Positions 38,676 through 48,645 of a stretch of 64,000 nucleotides of DNA are shown here, piece after piece (within the stretch, counting starts at the first letter, position 1; each line of letters starts with the position of its first letter). Position numbers and translations under genes: made by a program. Origin of the DNA: Trueperaceae bacterium (GTDB lineage: Bacteria > Deinococcota > Deinococci > Deinococcales > Trueperaceae); contig JAXHNB010000008.1 in assembly GCA_034520945.1 (NCBI GenBank), positions 143,125-207,124 of the forward strand, read 5' to 3'. The notes under the pieces are model-generated. The model made no database searches, was not told the DNA's origin, and worked only from the letters and a program-made list of their open reading frames with translations.

Positions 38676-40690
38676 GCCACACCGCAGACCCCCGCAGCGA
38701 CGCCACCGTCCACATCGACGCACGACTCCTGGCCGGGGCCGTCCCCGCCGATGGCGGCCGCGTGCCCGCCCTGCTCCGCGTCCGGGCCGACGCGACCCAG
38801 CACGATCGCCCCCGGACCCCCATCGACCTGGCGCTCGTCCTCGATCGTTCCGGTTCCATGAGGGGTGATTCGCTGGCGGCGGCGCGCCGCGCCGCCCACG
38901 ACGCCGTCGACCTGCTGGAGGACGGCGACCGCGTGGCGATCGTCGCGTACGAGTCCGAGGTCGAGGTGGTGCAGCCCCTCGCCGCCGTCGATCGCCGCGA
39001 GCAGCTCCATGCCGCCATCGACCGCATCGACACGCGCGGCACGACCGCCCTGCACGCCGGCTGGGTGGAGGGCGCCGAGCAGCTGGCCGACCACGTCGAT
39101 CCCGCCCGCGCCGCCCGCGTGGTGCTGTTGACCGACGGGCTCGCCAACGTCGGCGTCACCGATCCTGCCGCGATCATGCGGGACGTGGCCCAGCTGCAAG
39201 CGCACGGCATCGTCACCAGCACCGTCGGCTTGGGCCGCAGCTTCGCCGAGGACCTGCTGAGCGGCATTGCCGAGGCGGGCGGCGGCCGCTTCGCCTACGC
39301 CGAGACGCCCGCCGACCTCGAAGGGATCATGGCCGCCGAACTGATCGGCATCGACGCCACCCTCGCCCGCGGCGTGCGTGCCACCTTCGAGGGACGCCAC
39401 GCCGACGTCGCCGACGTGCTCAACGACTTCGTGCGGGACGGCGACGCCCTGGTGCTGCCCGACCTGGTCGACGGCCTGCCGTTGACCATGGTGGCGCAGC
39501 TCGACGTCGCCGCGGCCGAACCCGGGACCGAGACCGACCTCGGCCAGCTCCGGCTCACCTGGCACGACGCGGAGGGCGCCCGCCAAAGCGCCGACGTGCC
39601 CGTCCGCGTCCCCGTCGTCACCCGCGCCGACTACGATGCGCGCCAGGCCGACCCCGAGGTCGCCGCCGCGGTAGCGGCCCTCACCGCCGCCCGCCGCCGC
39701 CAACGCGCCATGGAGGCCCTCACCCAAGGCGACGAGGCCACCGCCCGCGCCGAGGTCGACGCGATCGAACGCGACCTGGCCGCCGCCCCGGACACGCCGG
39801 AGATCCAGCGTGAACGCGCGGCATTGCGACGCGTCCACGAAGCGCTCGAGGCGCGCGACACCGCCGTTGCACGCAAGCGCATGTCGCACGACCGCGAAGT
39901 GCGGCGCAAGGGCTTCGACCGCGAGGCGTTCGAAGCGACACCGCACTTCGCCACCAAGGTCGAGGGCCTGGCGTTCCGCCGCGCCCAGCGCGAAGGGCGC
40001 GAGGCGCCCAGCCGGGACACCTCAGCGCAGGGTGCGGAGGCGCATCGGTCCTCCACGCCGGCGGATTCGCCCAAGACGTCGCGCCGCGCGAAGCCGGCCT
40101 CGGCCACCGCCTGGCGACGGATCGAACTGCAGCGCTCCGACGGCACCACCGGCGTGCTTCGCCTCCGCACCGGCGACATCACCGAATGGGCCGGCGACGC
40201 CATCGTGAACCCCACCAACCCCAAGCTGCACGGCACCGGCGCCTCCGTCGACGGCGCGGTCCACCGCCGCGGCGGCATGGAACTCACCCGCGAGTGCCGC
40301 GCCATCGGCCACGTCGACCTCGGCCACGCCGTCGTCACCAAAGGCTGGAACCTGCCCGCCTCCTACGTGCTGCACACCGCCGTGCCCACCTACGACGGCA
40401 GCGACCGCGCCCTGAACACCCTTCGCGACTGCCACCGTGCGGCCCTGCACCTCGCCGGCCAGATGCGCTTCGAGCGGGTGGCGTTCCCCGCCATCGGTAC
40501 CGGTACCAACGGCTACCCCGTCGCCTCGGCCGCCCAGGTCGCGCTCAGCGAACTCCTGGACGCCCTGGCGCAGGACGGCGGCCCCAAGCGCATCGAAGTG
40601 GTGCTGTACGACGACGCGACGCGACAGGCCTACGGCCGTGCGCTGCGGGAACAGGCGGAGAAGCGGGGGTTGACGTCGCGGGCGGCGTAA
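38672..40690 (+). CDS. vWA domain - Macro (ADP-ribose-binding/hydrolase) fusion protein
   Basis: MIDAS DRSGSM, LLTDG; Macro GDIT..DAIVN..N, VDGAVHRRGG, AFPAIGTG.NGYP; ATGA overlap. Confidence 0.9.
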   Translation: MSHTADPRSDATVHIDARLLAGAVPADGGRVPALLRVRADATQHDRPRTPIDLALVLDRSGSMRGDSLAAARRAAHDAVDLLEDGDRVAIVAYESEVEVVQPLAAVDRREQLHAAIDRIDTRGTTALHAGWVEGAEQLADHVDPARAARVVLLTDGLANVGVTDPAAIMRDVAQLQAHGIVTSTVGLGRSFAEDLLSGIAEAGGGRFAYAETPADLEGIMAAELIGIDATLARGVRATFEGRHADVADVLNDFVRDGDALVLPDLVDGLPLTMVAQLDVAAAEPGTETDLGQLRLTWHDAEGARQSADVPVRVPVVTRADYDARQADPEVAAAVAALTAARRRQRAMEALTQGDEATARAEVDAIERDLAAAPDTPEIQRERAALRRVHEALEARDTAVARKRMSHDREVRRKGFDREAFEATPHFATKVEGLAFRRAQREGREAPSRDTSAQGAEAHRSSTPADSPKTSRRAKPASATAWRRIELQRSDGTTGVLRLRTGDITEWAGDAIVNPTNPKLHGTGASVDGAVHRRGGMELTRECRAIGHVDLGHAVVTKGWNLPASYVLHTAVPTYDGSDRALNTLRDCHRAALHLAGQMRFERVAFPAIGTGTNGYPVASAAQVALSELLDALAQDGGPKRIEVVLYDDATRQAYGRALREQAEKRGLTSRAA

Positions 40691-40727
40691 GGCCGGTTCG
40701 CCTGCGCGCGCGGTTCCTTGCGGGCAC

Positions 40728-41351
40728 TCACGCGGCGGACTTCCCGAGCACCTCACGTGCCCCTGGTCCCACCAAGGTGATGGCGTCGCGCCGGAGTTCG
40801 GTCGCAACGTGGCGTCGTTCCCGCGCGAGGCGTGGCAGGTCGCCTTCGGGCACCTCGGCGATGCTCGCGTGGTTGCCGGTCCAGTCCTCGATGCGGGCGG
40901 GGAGGGCGTCCACCTGCTGCCGCCACCGCAGATGCTCTTCGTCGACATCGTCGGGGCGCACGACGAGAATGTCGATGTCGCTGCGGGTGTCACCGTCGCC
41001 TCGGGCAGCGGAACCGAACAAGGAGGCGTGGCGCGCAGGAGGATCCCAGCTTTGGAGCTCGGCGACGAGCCGTTCCACGAGGTGGCCACGGAGCCGTACC
41101 AACGCGAGGATCGATTCAGCGATCAGGTGTTCACGGTTCAGGGAATAGAGCCGCGCCGCGCCGGCCTGGTCGGCCCGCACGACGCCGTGCTCGGCGAGCC
41201 TTCCAAGGATACGCGCCACCGTGCTGCGCGCGCTGTCCGCGCGCCGCGCAACCTCGCGCCCGGTCAATGACGCGTTCGTTCCGGCCAGAGCGCTGAGTAC
41301 GGCGCCCTCGTCCTTCGAAAGAATGGCGCGATACGGGGCCGACAGATCCAT
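40728..41351 (-). CDS. HTH + minimal nucleotidyltransferase (MNT antitoxin-like), no adjacent HEPN gene
   Basis: LTGREVARRA HTH; LFGSAARGD...SDIDILVV; TATGCT-N6-ATG. Confidence 0.85.
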   Translation of the reverse strand: MDLSAPYRAILSKDEGAVLSALAGTNASLTGREVARRADSARSTVARILGRLAEHGVVRADQAGAARLYSLNREHLIAESILALVRLRGHLVERLVAELQSWDPPARHASLFGSAARGDGDTRSDIDILVVRPDDVDEEHLRWRQQVDALPARIEDWTGNHASIAEVPEGDLPRLARERRHVATELRRDAITLVGPGAREVLGKSAA

Positions 41352-41492
41352 GTCTCGAGCATACCACACGCGTCCCATAGATGAGACACTCGTCCCATAT
41401 ATGGGTCACGTAAAGACCGTGGCGCTGATTCTGGGTTTGGGCCGCTCCGTGCACGGCGCAACCGCCCTTGCAACCGTCCATCTGGCCGCACA

Positions 41493-41622
41493 CGGAAGCG
41501 TCCGGTTCAGAGCACGACGCGTTCGCGCTTCAGTACCTCGAAGCCTCCAAGCGCAACCCGCAACTCGAAGGGTACGCGTTGCATCACGAGGCCGACCTGC
41601 AACGTGCCCTGGCCGAATTGAA
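41493..41622 (+). pseudogene. Fragment paralogous to the 5' part of the DUF697-like gene
   Basis: EASGSEHDAFALQYLEASKRNPQLEGYAL..EADL.RALAEL vs EASGPEHDAFVRQYLDACKRNPRLEGYAL..EADL.RALAEL at ~43993-44120. Confidence 0.8.
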
Positions 41623-41732
41623 CTTCGACCTAGACGTACAGGGCGCGCTCTGGATCGTGAACTACAAAGGCGTGCTCGACGGGCGAGCAGGAGTGCGCGG
41701 GCTTAGCAACTGACGCGAACGATGGTTCGCGC

Positions 41733-42431
41733 TCAAGGGTCGCCTCTCACGAAGCCGGCGCCAGACCGCGCGTTGGACGCGCCGTCCGCGTCCTCGTAGA
41801 GGATCTCGTACTCGTACGACATTTCGTCGTCGTCGAATTCGATGCTGGCTTTCACCGTGCACGACGCAAGTGGTTGGTTGGGTGCGTGGGCGGCGAATCC
41901 GGATCCCGGGTTGTAGCCGGCGGTGCAGTCGCTCGCCGGTTCGGAGCGGGTTCGCTGGATGTGCCTTTGGACGGCGTCGCCGACCGCTTGGGCGTAGGCG
42001 AACGGCTCGACGTGCGCGACGGGGGCGAAGCGGTCTGCGACCACTGCGACAAGGTCACGGCCGAGTTGACTGCCGACGGCGACCGCCCGGTAGTTCGTCG
42101 GTGGGTCGGTTGCGGGGTCCTGCCAGGTGCCGGTCAGGAGGTCGTCTTCCGAGGTCTCGGCCGTCCAGCCGGGAAGCTCGGAAACGAGGCCGCGCCAGCG
42201 GGTGTCCTGGCTCGTGGAGAGGCAGACGAGCATGCGCTCACCGGGCTCGCTCTCCTCGTACAGATACGCGACCACGTCCTCTCCGACGTTCTCCACCGCC
42301 TCCAGGCAGGTCGAGAAGGCCGTGATGCGGACGTCGGACGCGACGCGGGCGAGGGCGTTCTCCTGCGCAGACGCAACACCGACCGTAGCGACGAGGGTGG
42401 CGGCGAGGAAGGCGAAGAGGAAGTGACGCAT
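41733..42431 (-). CDS. Secreted hypothetical protein
   Basis: Signal peptide MRHFLFAFLAATLVATVGVASA|Q; paired cysteines. Confidence 0.75.
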   Translation of the reverse strand: MRHFLFAFLAATLVATVGVASAQENALARVASDVRITAFSTCLEAVENVGEDVVAYLYEESEPGERMLVCLSTSQDTRWRGLVSELPGWTAETSEDDLLTGTWQDPATDPPTNYRAVAVGSQLGRDLVAVVADRFAPVAHVEPFAYAQAVGDAVQRHIQRTRSEPASDCTAGYNPGSGFAAHAPNQPLASCTVKASIEFDDDEMSYEYEILYEDADGASNARSGAGFVRGDP

Positions 42432-43050
42432 GACGAATCCATTCCACGAGGTCGGAGCGGCAGCACACAAGATGCTTCTTTAGGCTAGCAGCGGCCGCGG
42501 GCGCTACCAAGTGACCGAACGGCGGTCCAAGACGACGTTCTGGCCGGCATGGCGCGGCGTGGCGTGGTGTCAGGACGCCTCGCGCATCGCGCGACCCACG
42601 GCCGCCCCCGCGTAGAATTCGAGGGGTTCGAAACGCGGTAATCCCGTCGGCTCGCCTAGGCCCGGCATGGTGATCTCGGTGCATACCTCGGCCGCGCTCA
42701 CGGCGCCGCGAGCGGTGGGTGGGACGGACTCCTCGATCGCCCAATGGAATGCGTAATGATGGCCGCGACGGCCTCGTCCACGGCAGTGCCCACAGCGGCC
42801 TCGCCGGTGCCCGCGAACTCGCCACTCCGCTCCAAAGGCTGCACTGGAAGATGCAAGCCGAGGTGTTGGATGACTTCTCGCGGCAGCGAGCCCAGCGTCG
42901 AGGTCTCGTCGGCCGGGAGCGGCATGCGGATGGCGAGGGTTGCGTCACCAGCAAGAAAGAATCTACCGGCGTTCATCACGTACTTGCTTGGCACCGGTGC
43001 CTGGATCGTCCGATGGGCGGTAGCGATTCCAGTCGCCCTCTGGCGCGAAG

Positions 43051-43467
43051 TTAGCCTTCTCGTCCGGGCTTAGCGCCCGCGCCCCCATACGTGAAGAACG
43101 CAAAAAGAGCCAGGCCTCCCAAGGCCAGCTCGATAATCATCCCCTGGATGGCGCCCGCGCCCGGAAAGCCGTCGAGGACAAGCCCCAATACACGTGCCAG
43201 CCCCAACGACAAGAAGACCACAGCCGCGAGCACGATGGAGGTGCGGGACCAAGCATGTCGGAATGCTCCCAAAGCAACGACGAGCCCGGAGACCATGATG
43301 ATCCCGCCAGCCCCCCTCACCTCACTCAACGGTCCAGCGTCATTGGACAACTCCAGGCCGCTGAAAGCGTAGAAACCAATAGGGTCCAACAGGCGCCAGC
43401 CACCAAAGATCACCAGCGTTAGCGCCAGGACGATAAGGATTACCTTGAAACGCCACGCTTCCTTCAC
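43051..43467 (-). CDS. DUF4345-like small membrane protein
   Basis: Four hydrophobic segments, SEVRGAGG and GLARVLGLVLDG.P motifs. Confidence 0.7.
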   Translation of the reverse strand: MKEAWRFKVILIVLALTLVIFGGWRLLDPIGFYAFSGLELSNDAGPLSEVRGAGGIIMVSGLVVALGAFRHAWSRTSIVLAAVVFLSLGLARVLGLVLDGFPGAGAIQGMIIELALGGLALFAFFTYGGAGAKPGREG

Positions 43468-43768
43468 CCCTCGACCACCACCCGTCACCAGCGTCACGCT
43501 GCTTGCATCTGCAATCCCGTTCGCCCGGTGCCGCTGTTGCACCATCATGGCACATTGGGCGTGCCGTGGCTGCCCCATTTGGTCTGGAGGGGTAGCCCTG
43601 GGTCGTTGAGCGTAGCCAGTCCAAGGGGTTGGGGGATCTCCATTGGCGAGCGCTTCGACGGACACACCCTAGCGGGACTGCCGCCCCGAGGGAGCGCACG
43701 ATCGAGGTTCACCTGCCGTGGTTCCCCCGTCGTATGATCGTAGCGACGCAATCGATAGGAGGAACCAC

Positions 43769-44986
43769 GTGGCACTCCCGTACCGGCCGATCCGTTTCGC
43801 CGTCCTGGCCATCACGCTCTTGTTCGCGGTCTTCGTCCTCGCCCAGGTCGGCCAGCTCGCCAGCCTGGCGGGCGCGATCCACCCTTGGTTCGGCGCCGCA
43901 CTAGGTGTGGTCCTGCTAGGCCTGCTCGCGTGGTTCGTGGCGGTTCCGGCGCTGGCGTACGCACGCCTGGAGCCGCCCCTCAAACCGCCGGCGGAGGCGT
44001 CCGGTCCCGAGCACGACGCGTTCGTGCGGCAGTACCTCGACGCCTGCAAGCGCAACCCGCGGCTCGAGGGGTACGCGTTGCAAGGCGAGGCCGACCTGAA
44101 CCGCGCCCTCGCCGAGCTGCAGCGCCAGGCCGAAATCGAGGCGAAGAAGACCGCCACGCGCGTGTTCCTGGGCACCGCGGTGTCGCAGTACGGCTCGTTG
44201 GACACGCTGATCGTCGCGGCGACGCAGGCGCGCATGGTGTGGCGCATCGCCCACGTGTTTCAGCGGCGGCCCTCCTGGCGGCACGTGGGCTACCTCTACG
44301 CCAACGTCCTCGCCACCGCCTTCGTGGCCTCGCGCCTGGAGGACGTGGACCTCACCGACCACCTCAAGCCCGTCTTGGCCAGCACCTTCGGGCAGACCAT
44401 CACTTCGACGCCCGGCGTGGCGGCGGTGTCCGGGCAGATATCCAACGCGATCTTCCAGGGTTCCCTGAACGCGTTCCTCACGTTGCGCGTGGCGATGGTG
44501 GCCATCGCCTACTCGCGCGCCACCTCCCAGCCGGACCGCCAATCGGTGTGGAAGAGTGCCGTGGCGCGGGCCAGCAGCCTGGTGTTGCGCACCGTCACCG
44601 GCGGTTCCGCGCGCATCGCACGGGCGTTCGGTAGCGCTGCCGTGCGCTCGGCGGGTGACGCCGCGGTCGGTGTCGGCGGGGCCGTCGCCAGCGGGGGGCG
44701 TAGCGTGGGCAGGGGCGCACGCCACGCCGGCCGTTTCGCCACCGTCACCGCGGTGCACGCGACCAGCTCGGTACGCACGGCGACGGGTTCCACGGGTCGG
44801 GCCGTCAGTGGCTTCGGTGCACGCATCGCCGGAAGCGCGCGCGGCGCAGCCGCGGGCGTCGACCGGCGCGTGAGGTCCGTGCGGACGAGCTTCAGCGGAC
44901 GGAAGGCCGCGATGGCCGGCGCCGGGGCGCTGAGCGACGAGGACGATGGGGGCGAGGACGGCGGGGGATCGCCGATGGATGGGTAA
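43769..44986 (+). CDS. DUF697/YcjF-like membrane protein
   Basis: AGGAGG RBS; two N-terminal TM helices, TAVSQYGSLDTLIV, RMVWRIAHVF.RRP, QGSLNAFLTLRV. Confidence 0.75.
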   Translation: MALPYRPIRFAVLAITLLFAVFVLAQVGQLASLAGAIHPWFGAALGVVLLGLLAWFVAVPALAYARLEPPLKPPAEASGPEHDAFVRQYLDACKRNPRLEGYALQGEADLNRALAELQRQAEIEAKKTATRVFLGTAVSQYGSLDTLIVAATQARMVWRIAHVFQRRPSWRHVGYLYANVLATAFVASRLEDVDLTDHLKPVLASTFGQTITSTPGVAAVSGQISNAIFQGSLNAFLTLRVAMVAIAYSRATSQPDRQSVWKSAVARASSLVLRTVTGGSARIARAFGSAAVRSAGDAAVGVGGAVASGGRSVGRGARHAGRFATVTAVHATSSVRTATGSTGRAVSGFGARIAGSARGAAAGVDRRVRSVRTSFSGRKAAMAGAGALSDEDDGGEDGGGSPMDG

Positions 44987-45028
44987 GCACTGCGCCTCGA
45001 GCACCGGGCTCCTCGGAGCGCCCAGGTG

Positions 45029-45379
45029 TCAGCAAGCGACACCTTCACCGTCGTCCTGGCCGCGGTAGACGTCGAGCGCCTCGTTCACCACCTGGTTCAG
45101 GGACTTGTCGTGGGTGAGCGCGTAGACGGATGCTCGACGATGACGCTCTTGGCCGGTTCGAACGTTGAACGTCCCCTTGAACGGCGTTTCCGGTTCCTTT
45201 CCAAGCTCGTGGCATGTCTCGAGGTAGTCGTCAACCGCCTCGACGAACGCCTTCTCGAGGGACGCGACGTCGGTTCCCTCGAAGGTGATCAGGCTCCGCA
45301 CGTACGCGACCTTGCCGTAGAACACGTGGTCCTCCGCGCTGTAGTGCACCGAGCCGAGGTACCCCTTGTGCTCCATCAT
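45029..45379 (-). CDS. hicB: HicB antitoxin
   Basis: HKGYLGSV.YS.ED..FYGK...ITFEG...AVDDYL..C...G.EP..PFKG.FNVR; RHH C-terminus. Confidence 0.92.
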   Translation of the reverse strand: MMEHKGYLGSVHYSAEDHVFYGKVAYVRSLITFEGTDVASLEKAFVEAVDDYLETCHELGKEPETPFKGTFNVRTGQERHRRASVYALTHDKSLNQVVNEALDVYRGQDDGEGVAC

Positions 45380-45388
45380 GTCCTTACA

Positions 45389-45520
45389 TGTCAGGCCCTC
45401 CTGCGTCAGCGTGTCGAGCACCAGCTCGACCTGATAACGCTTCAGGTCGTTCCCCGGGTATGGCACGTGGAGGCTGATGGTCGCGGCGGTCTCGTGCACG
45501 ATACGCCTCCGGTCGAGCAC
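45389..45520 (-). pseudogene. HicA toxin C-terminal remnant
   Basis: RRRIVHET...ISLHVPYPGNDLKRYQVELV...L..EGL; N-terminus absent. Confidence 0.7.
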
Positions 45521-45646
45521 ACCTGCATCCACCGCGATGCCAGGGGCCCCAACGGCCACGCCGCCAGGGCCGCTTGGTACGGTTAGGCACCTACGCAGGG
45601 TTCCGCCGTGCCCCTTGCTTCCGCAGCGGAGGAGAGGAGTATTGCC

Positions 45647-47200
45647 ATGATCATGCAGCGCACCGGGTTCGCCATCTTCGTGATCCTGCCGGTCCTGCTG
45701 GCGGTCGGTTGCGGCCCGTCCGGGCCGTCCGGGCCGTCCGGCGTGTCGGCCGTGATCGTGGAGCCGGACGAGGTAGAGCTCGTCGTCGGCGAGCACCACC
45801 AGCTCGACGCGACCGTCGACGCGGCCGGCAACGCCTCTGAAGAGGTGACGTGGAGCAGCGACGACGCCTCCGTCGCGACGGTCAACGAGGCGGGGCACGT
45901 GTCGGCGGTTGCGGAGGGCTCCGCCACCGTGACCGCCACCAGCGTCGCCGACCCCAGCATCGCCGACGACGTCCGTGTCGAGGTGTTCGTCGAGGGAGCG
46001 TTGCGCTGGACGAAGCTCGTCGAAACGCACATGGTCGACGAGATTGGCGCGATCGCGGTGGATGGTGCGGATGACGTTCTCGTGGGGGGTGCCACGGCGG
46101 GCGATATGGGGGACGCCACGGCGGGCGCGCTCGGAGGCGGGGGAGGGGGCGAGGCCGCCCTCGACGCGTACGTGCGCAAGCTCGACGCCGGTGGCGACGA
46201 GGTGTGGACGCACCAGTTTGGTACGTCCCACGAGGACGAGGTCGCCCGAGCCGGTCTCGCCACCGACGGAGAGAACGCGGTGCTGGTCGGGGCCACGGTC
46301 GGGGGGCCCGTGGGCACGCACGTGGGCGGCCAAGATGCGCTGCTACGCAAGCTCGACGCGACGGGCGAGGTCGTCTGGACCCGCCAGTTCGGAACCTCGG
46401 ACGCCGACAACGTGCGGAGCGTGGCCGTGGGCCGTGAGGACGCGGTCGTGGTGGCCGGTGAGACACGTGGTGACGTGGCGGCCGTGAACGCCGGCCAGAC
46501 CGACGTCTACGTCCGAAAGTTCGACGCGGACGGCACGACGCTGTGGACCCGGCAGTTCGGCAGTGGGACCTTCGACGGCGTTTGGGGTGTGGCCGTGGAC
46601 GCGACAGGGCACGTTTTCGTCGCTGGCGACACCAACGGCGCCCTCGCGGGGCCGAGTGCCGGCGGCTGGGACTTGTGGGTGCGAAGGCTCGACCCGGACG
46701 GCACGACGTTGTGGACCCGCCAGTTCGGCACCCCCGCCAACGAGTACGTGAGCGGAATTGCCGTGGACCCGAACGGGCACGTTCTGCTCACAGGCAGCAC
46801 GGAAGGGACGTTGGGCGCGTCCCATGCGGGGGGCAGCGACGTGTTCGTTCGCAGGCTGCATCCGGAGGGGACGCACCTTTGGACGCGGCAGTTCGGCACG
46901 GCGGCATCCGAGGTCGCCGGGGGCGTCGCGACGGACTCCGAGGAGCACGTGATCGTCGTGGGCGGCACCCAAGGCGACCTCGCCGGCCACGCGGGCGGCG
47001 AGGACGGGTTCGTCCGCAAGATGGACGCCGAGGGTGAGGAGGTCTGGCGTCGCCAGTTCGGCAGCGAGGTCGAGGAGGTGGCCACGGGGGTGGCCGTGGA
47101 CGGCAAGGACTGGATCCTCGTGGCCACCCAGGTCTCCGGCACCTTGGCCTCCCCTCTCTCCGGGCAAGGGCACGGGGTCGTGAGCGCGTACATGCGCTGA
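45647..47200 (+). CDS. Lipoprotein with Ig-like (Big_2) domain and SBBP-type beta-propeller repeats
   Basis: Lipobox LAVGC; VTWSSDDASVATV; repeated D.FVRKLD.DG..LWTRQFG. Confidence 0.85.
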   Translation: MIMQRTGFAIFVILPVLLAVGCGPSGPSGPSGVSAVIVEPDEVELVVGEHHQLDATVDAAGNASEEVTWSSDDASVATVNEAGHVSAVAEGSATVTATSVADPSIADDVRVEVFVEGALRWTKLVETHMVDEIGAIAVDGADDVLVGGATAGDMGDATAGALGGGGGGEAALDAYVRKLDAGGDEVWTHQFGTSHEDEVARAGLATDGENAVLVGATVGGPVGTHVGGQDALLRKLDATGEVVWTRQFGTSDADNVRSVAVGREDAVVVAGETRGDVAAVNAGQTDVYVRKFDADGTTLWTRQFGSGTFDGVWGVAVDATGHVFVAGDTNGALAGPSAGGWDLWVRRLDPDGTTLWTRQFGTPANEYVSGIAVDPNGHVLLTGSTEGTLGASHAGGSDVFVRRLHPEGTHLWTRQFGTAASEVAGGVATDSEEHVIVVGGTQGDLAGHAGGEDGFVRKMDAEGEEVWRRQFGSEVEEVATGVAVDGKDWILVATQVSGTLASPLSGQGHGVVSAYMR

Positions 47201-47354
47201 CGTCGGGAGCGGACCGCGTACGCCGCGCCGGCCCGTGAGGACCAGCATGCGGGCGACCTCGTCCAGCTCGCGGACGAGGGGTCAAACCGAGCACCTCGCC
47301 CTGAGCTTTGGCGCGCCTCCGGGACGCTGGCCTGCTTACGTCTCAGGCGGCACG

Positions 47355-48440
47355 TCAGCGCCGTCGCGTCGGGGCGGCGCCGCCGCCGGTCGGCCACCGC
47401 AGCACGGCTTCCAAGGGACCCCGCTGCCACCGGCGGCGCCACGCGCTGGCGACGGTCGCCGCGAGCACCGTCAGCGCGACCAGGGAGGCCGCGCCACCTG
47501 CCACGGTGTCGGCGCGTAGCATGTCGCTCCAAACGTGCAGCGCCAGAAGGTGGCCGACGTACACGGTGAGCGCCACCTGGCCTGTCGCAGCAAGGGACCA
47601 CGTCGCTCGAGGCCAGGCGCGCGCCGCCAGCAGCGAGGCGCCCAGCACGAACGCCGCGGAGCCGGCCGCCGTCCACAACCAGGCGGGCGTCTGAGCGTGC
47701 GGCGTCGCGTCCAGAACCCGCCCCCACCCCTGCAGCGCGTCGGCGCCGAAGGCGACCCGCGCCCCCCTGGGCAGAAGCCAAGCGCCCACGGCCACGACCG
47801 CACCGGACGCGACCAGCGCGAGCTGCGTGGCACGCGTACCGAGGTCGCGGCGACCCAGCCACATCCCGAACAGCAGGGGCGCCACCCACACCACCAACGG
47901 GTAGGCGCCGGAGAGCACGATCCCGTGCGCGATTTCGGCCACGCCGTCCGTCAGGCGCACGGCGGCGCGATCGTACCTGGCCGGCGCGAGGGCGTGCCCC
48001 GCCACGAACAGCGCCGGCCCCGCGAGGCTCATGGCGGCCGCCGCAACCAGAAGTGCGACGTCGGACCAACCCACCGCGAAGGCGCCGACCAGGAACAGCG
48101 GCGCATACGTCTGCAGGATGACCAGAACCCCGTGATCCAGTGACTGCAAGGCCAAACCGGCGGCCAGAAGCACGGCGGACCGCCACGCCAGCTCCCGGCG
48201 GACATCGCTGAGTGCGCGCCGCCGCGACGACGCCAGCAGCGTCACGCCGACCCCCGCGACCACCACGAACAACACGGACGCACGCCCGTGCGGAAGAGCG
48301 TAGAGGCGTCCCAGCACGCCCTGGGCGTCGGTGGGTCCCACGTGCACCGCCAGCATGCCGACGATGGCGAGCGCGCGGGCGACGTCGATGCCGAGGATGC
48401 GGCCCTGCAGGCGAGCGGACGCCGGCGATGGCGTCGACAT
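47355..48440 (-). CDS. DUF418/DUF1624-type multi-pass membrane protein
   Basis: RILGIDVARALAIVGM, GRASVLF, GQVALTVYVGH, RGPLE; TAGCAT-N6-ATG. Confidence 0.8.
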   Translation of the reverse strand: MSTPSPASARLQGRILGIDVARALAIVGMLAVHVGPTDAQGVLGRLYALPHGRASVLFVVVAGVGVTLLASSRRRALSDVRRELAWRSAVLLAAGLALQSLDHGVLVILQTYAPLFLVGAFAVGWSDVALLVAAAAMSLAGPALFVAGHALAPARYDRAAVRLTDGVAEIAHGIVLSGAYPLVVWVAPLLFGMWLGRRDLGTRATQLALVASGAVVAVGAWLLPRGARVAFGADALQGWGRVLDATPHAQTPAWLWTAAGSAAFVLGASLLAARAWPRATWSLAATGQVALTVYVGHLLALHVWSDMLRADTVAGGAASLVALTVLAATVASAWRRRWQRGPLEAVLRWPTGGGAAPTRRR

Positions 48441-48645
48441 CCGGACATGCTACGCGCACGCGGTTCGCGCGTGCGCGGCGCAGGACGACACCGCGTGATG
48501 GCGACGCCTGCACGGTCGTGAGCCAAGGCGCCGGACCGGCGTGGGGACGCGTGGTACGGTGCGCCCGATATTCGCATGAACCGAAGCAGTTCGCACCGCT
48601 TCCGCATCGTAGGAGAGGAGCGTTCGAACGGTCTTTCGGCGCACC

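Noticed and set aside
42480..43050. Possible small gene(s) between the secreted protein and the DUF4345-like gene
   Set aside because: Several overlapping short ORFs, none with a motif or clear start signal
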